From assembly GCA_031835245.2 (NCBI GenBank), contig JAVKOQ020000030.1, forward strand, positions 124,001 through 188,000: a DNA stretch of 64,000 nucleotides, in the 5' to 3' direction. Shown piece after piece: positions 59,676 to 64,000 of the stretch. The translations under genes and the position numbers were made by a program. Source of the stretch: Balamuthia mandrillaris. Its lineage: Eukaryota. Under the pieces are notes generated by a model that saw nothing but the letters and a program-made list of their open reading frames with translations, made no database searches and was not told the origin of the DNA. How positions within the stretch are numbered: the first letter of the stretch is position 1; every line of letters begins with the position of its first letter.

Positions 59676-60952
59676 TCAGAAACGATCGCCATGAATGACA
59701 CTGCCAGAAGAGCAAAGTCAGAGAACATAACAAAGATACTCTTGTGGAAGAATGGAGCGAACCTTGGCCCAACCTCATCGTAGTCTTTCTGCTCGACCCA
59801 TCGTTGATGACACGGTGGAAGAGACGCCAAGATAGATCCGCCCATCCACGCCGCAAACCGTCGATCCACTGGAGCAACCACTTTTACCTCCATCCGCTCC
59901 GCTTTCACTTTCTCTTTCAGCTCGTTTTGCAACCTTGCGGCCATTCCAGGAAACAAAGAAGAACCTCCCGAGAGCAAAACATTTCCAAGCAACTCCTTAC
60001 GAATCTGCAAAGGTTCATCGCCAACACCGCTGCTAGACTTCATGACAGAGTTGAAAACGATGTCTTGAATGCCGTCTTCACGATCGCCATCCGTTCCCAG
60101 CAACAGGGAAGAACGAAAGAGGAGCTCTGGGCATCTGAACCGCTCGTTGTCAAGGGTGAAGTTTTCGTAGGACCTCTCAAAAGAGGTAATGTTGGTGGCG
60201 GCCAACTTGAGCTCTTCCTTAAAGTCAGGAGCCACATAGCAGAGCTGCTCCTTCATGCTGTTCAATACTTGCCTCTCACTGCTTGCAGTCTTGGCCCAAG
60301 AAGAAGAAGAAGAAGAAGAAGAAGAGTCGCCCCTCTCTGCTATTAGCGATGCCAAGTAGTCCGTCAAGTCCTTTCCTCCATAGTCCAAACGCCGAATAAC
60401 ATCAGTAAGAGGCCTCTCCGAAGAAACAGCGACTTTGCCATCATGAAAAGGAGTGGCAGTGATGGTGTTGTAGCCACAGTCCAGAACGAGGCCGGAGGTC
60501 CATCCGGCGGCATAGAGGCTAAGCAAGGGTTGGGGAGCTATGTTCACGGCAGGAACGTTGAAGCACTCGAACATGACCTGCGTCACCTTCTCTCGATGAC
60601 TCCTAGGACTGAGAGGAGGTTCGCTCAAGAGAATGGGATGCTCCTCAGGTGCCACTTTGAGCTGGTGGTGGAAGAGATGGTGCCAGAGACCCTCCATGTC
60701 ATCCCAAATGGTGATGAGTCCTCCTTCAACGGGGCGTCTACAAAGCATGTCAATGTCGGGTCGTGAAGCCATCTCCATCGCTTCCTCTCCGACATAATAG
60801 TGCTTCAGCAACCCTTGAAGGAGACTCTCTCGTGGCGGATGGCCGACGATCGATGGAAAGACGGCACGAGGGACGTTATCGCTGGCAAAGCCAGCTTTGC
60901 AGGTGTAGGAACCGTTATCTATGACAATGGGCTGTAACTCTTGCACATCCAT
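59676..60952 (-). CDS. Divergent actin / actin-like protein B (intron at the same position as A)
   Basis: PIVIDNGSYTCKAGFA, PRAVFPSIVG, LKVAPEEHPILLSEPPL, ERFRCPE, LLSGGSSLFPGMA, WMGGSILASL; last exon SVIHGDRF*. Confidence 0.9.
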
Positions 60953-61045
60953 GTCCTTCCTTCTCCTCACCGCACCGTTACCTGGCTATAATGAATATAT
61001 AGATCATTTAGGAAACTAGTAGGTTCATTTCTCTGCTTAGAATTG

Positions 61046-62441
61046 TTATCCGCTTTGGCGGTTTGTTCTGTGTTTATCAGCCGAAGGAGTGGGATGAGCT
61101 TGGCTAGGCCGACGCTTACGCAGCGTCAGCCTCGAGAAGAACAGCCAAAACCAGAGCCCAACGGCCGAGGTAAGGGCAAACATCTGTCGGAAGCGTTTGA
61201 AGCGACTGACCACAACGGGAGTGTAGCTCAACACGGTGACGATTAGGTAGATGAGGAAGGAGAAGCGGAGCAAGGCCACGCCACCCAGAATGAAGCCCCA
61301 CCAGACCAACAACAATGGCCAGAAGAAGAGAAGAAAGACTGCACCTATCGCACCTGCAATGTAGGGGTGCTTTCGTTCGCCATTAGAAAAGCAGAAATTG
61401 AAACGGAAAGAAGAAAGAAGAAGGAAGGATGAGGTACCTCACTGCTATAGTTCCAAGCAGGATCGATGACATGAGTATAGATGTAATGGGAGAGTTGGCT
61501 TTGCATATCCAAGCCCAGTTGGAAGCTTTCTGGCAAATACAAAGTCAACTGGTATAGAAAACAAACGATCAGGAACATGTCCAACCAGCGAACGACCTGC
61601 GATGCCAAACGGCGCAGTCGTCTATTGTAGAACTTGTTGTAAGGCCATGAACGCATCCATCTGTTTTATTTGTTTTGGTTGTTCAACATGCTTGAGGAAA
61701 AAGTGGAAAGAAAGGAAAGGAAAGAAGAGAAAAGTAGAATGAAGAAAGAAAGAGAGAATAAAGAAGAACCAATGCAGAGGAGGAGACATACCTTGGGATG
61801 CCATGTTTGAGAAGGTGATTCAGCTCATGCTCATTAATAGCAGCAACAACTGTTTGTCTGAACAGTAAACCATTCAGAAGCTGAAGACAACAAAAAGAAA
61901 AAGAAAAAGAAAAAAGAAAAAAGAAAAAGAAAAAGAAAAAAGAAAAAGAAAAAAAGAACAGTAAAGACGTACAAATGAACAGAAGCAAAAGAAAAGGAGA
62001 AATAAGGGATGGAGCGTGAAGGCAGAATGAAGCCTCTTCGTGCCACGCGAGGTTCGACCAGGAGACGGAAACTGCACGTTCGCGTCCCCTCAAATGCTAA
62101 ATCGAGGCCACTTATTTCCTTCCACTTTTATTATTTTCAAAGCATGAGAACTAGCTAGCAAACAAACGACACTACAAAAGAAGAAGGAGAAGAAAAAGAG
62201 GTAACAAGACAAGAAGGAGAAGAAGAAGAACAGGAAGAAGAATATGAAGAAGAACAAAACAAACCGAGAGAGAAAAGGATGGAGGAACGCCAGGAATGTC
62301 GCTGTCGAACGTGAAACGTATGTAGGTATCATCCCAACAGCAAGTGCTCTTGGTGGGCTCCAACTGCACAACCGGCGAGTCATATATCTGTACCGCCGCT
62401 ATCCCAATGCACGTCTCTTTCGTCTCTTCTTCTTTCATCAT
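61046..62441 (-). CDS. Hypothetical multi-pass membrane protein, multi-exon
   Basis: Exons separated by pyrimidine-rich introns; C-terminal hydrophobic segments (FWPLLLVWWGFILGGVALLRFSFLIYLIVTV; MFALTSAVGLWFWLFF). Confidence 0.55.
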
Positions 62442-62467
62442 TTGCTACTCTTCTTTTGCTGTGCTAC

Positions 62468-62650
62468 ATTGCTGCATCATTTGTACAGAAACCACCACGT
62501 CATCAATGTCCACAAAAATGAGTACACACGTCATCGTTGTCGACAATATTGCTGCAACATTTGTACAGAAACCACCACGTCATCAATGTCCACAAAAATG
62601 AGTACACACGTCATCAATGTCCACAAAAATGAGTACACACGTCATCAGTG
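62468..62650. repeat. Nested tandem repeat (80-bp period plus 31-bp subunit) in a divergent promoter
   Basis: attgctgca.catttgtacagaaaccaccacgtcatcaatgtccacaaaaatgagtacacacgtcatc at 62468 and 62548; the subunit aatgtccacaaaaatgagtacacacgtcatc occurs three times. Confidence 0.92.
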
Positions 62651-62836
62651 TCCGCGTAAAATGCCAAATTCACCACAAAGAAAATCCACAGAGAACTGGC
62701 GGAAAGGAGGAAAGCTTGGCGTTCCAAAACTTTTTTTTCTAAAATTATTTATTTATTTTCTGTGTGTCTCTCTCTCTCTCTTCTTTTCTTCTTCTAGTTC
62801 ACTGTTTTTTTTTTTGAAAGAGTTCAAAAAAAAAAG

Positions 62837-64000
62837 ATGTGGTTGTTCAAAGGCAAAGCTGGCCCCACGACGGAGGGGGAGGGGCAGGACGTGGCAGCGA
62901 AAGGAGTCCATGTGGTTGCCATCGATGAGTCCAGGGACGCTGAACATGCTTTCCAGTGGGCCGCTGATAATTTGCCAAAAGTACATCACTCAGCTGGCTT
63001 GACGTTCTCCTCTTTCTTCTGATATTGTTGCTCTTCTTGCTTCTTTCGTTTGTTGACGTGGTGGTTCCGTTGTAATTCTGCTTGTTCTTCTTTTTTCTTC
63101 TTCTTGTTCTTGTTCTTCTGCTTATTGTGCTTCTGTTTCTTCTCGTTCTTCTTCTTCTCGTTCTTCTTCTTCTCGTTCTTCTTCTCGTTCTTCTTCTTCA
63201 TCTTCTTCTTCTTCATCTTCTTCTTCTTCTTCTTGTTCTTCTTCTTCTTCTTCTTCTTCTTCTTCATCTTCTTCTGCTCCTTCATGTCCTTCTCCTTATC
63301 CACCCCTCTTCCACCTCTTCTTCCTCTTCCTTTTCTTTCCTCTAACGGACCTCCAAACGACAAAGGGAGATCGGTTTATATTAGTGAACGGAGTGTTTGC
63401 CTTTCCGAGACAAGGAGAGGCGATCAACCCGCTGGTGGAGCTGTTTCCCTCCACCTCGCCGAAGGAGTTCGAGGAGTACACCCGCCTCCAGAATAACTAT
63501 CAAACCAAACTGTTCGACTACTACCGGGAGAAATGTAACACAGCAAAGGTACCCTTGCATAGAGCATCTTCGCTTCTTTCTTTCTCTCCGTCGCTCGTTT
63601 CGTGTTTGTTCTCTCGCTCTGTTGCTTTTATCGCTTTCTGCTTCTCTTCCTCTCTTCTCCCTCTTGTCTCTTTTCTCTACTCTCTCTTCTCTCATCTTTC
63701 TCGTCCCGTTCACTCTCTGCCCTTCTCTCCATCTCTTCTGCTTTGCACAGCTCTTCTGAGCAGAAATGAACAAAACAGAGAGATTGCACCTTTCTCTCGG
63801 TAAAGTACAAAGGATCGGGGGACTTGGGGGAGAGAGTATGCAACGTTGCTTCAGAGGCTGATGCCAAGAGCGTTGTGTGTGGCTCCCGAGGTTTACGTTT
63901 CATCGATAGGTTCCTTTTCTTTTTCTTTTTATGCATTTCTCGTTCAAGTTTTTTTTTTCTATTCTTCTATAGCCTCGTCTTCTTCTGCCTCTCTTTCTCC
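62837..64000 (+). CDS. Universal stress protein (UspA family), multi-exon, 3' end beyond window
   Basis: HVVAIDESRDAEHAFQWAADNL, GDRFILV, GDLGERVCNVA..ADAKSVVCGSRG. Confidence 0.88.
63080..63275. repeat. (TTC)n intronic microsatellite
   Basis: Visible array in the first USP intron. Confidence 0.93.

Noticed and set aside
58133..60970. Single gene encoding a double-actin fusion
   Set aside because: The terminal exon of actin B has its own stop (SVIHGDRF*, 59676) and actin A has its own ATG in a paralogous context.
62468..62650. CRISPR-like repeat array
   Set aside because: Units are contiguous or nested without unique equal-length spacers, no cas genes are present, and the context is eukaryotic.

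Overview
Gene-dense, intron-rich eukaryotic DNA. Short GT-AG introns are often filled with (CT)n/(TTC)n microsatellites, and intergenic gaps are small. Gene content (receptor tyrosine-kinase-like genes, Myc/Max-type bHLH, PARP16, GH99, divergent actins) suggests a free-living amoebozoan-type protist; this is inference only. About 33 protein-coding genes can be reconstructed by splicing the ORF fragments by eye. Main highlights: (1) eight paralogous two-exon Myc/Max-like bHLH-zipper genes, arranged as four on the minus strand (18.2-23.0 kb) and four on the plus strand (27.6-31.7 kb) pointing away from a central island. All share one intron position, a Lys instead of the canonical Arg at basic-region position 13, and a C-terminal LPP[IL] motif resembling the yeast Mig1 repression motif. 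(2) A head-to-head pair of receptors joining integrin-alpha-like FG-GAP repeats and a Calx-beta-like domain to a TM helix and a tyrosine-kinase-type domain. Other genes: F-box/SPRY, S28 peptidase, FAD synthase, SRPBCC, EXD1-like exonuclease, PARP16, GH99 endomannosidase, IaaH-like amidase, SMC6, CBS protein, ALDH3, isoaspartyl peptidase, DUF4397-like GPI protein, AIFM2-like oxidoreductase, two tandem divergent actins and a USP. No rRNA, tRNA, CRISPR or intact transposon was recognised. All exon boundaries and family calls are by eye; no searches were run.
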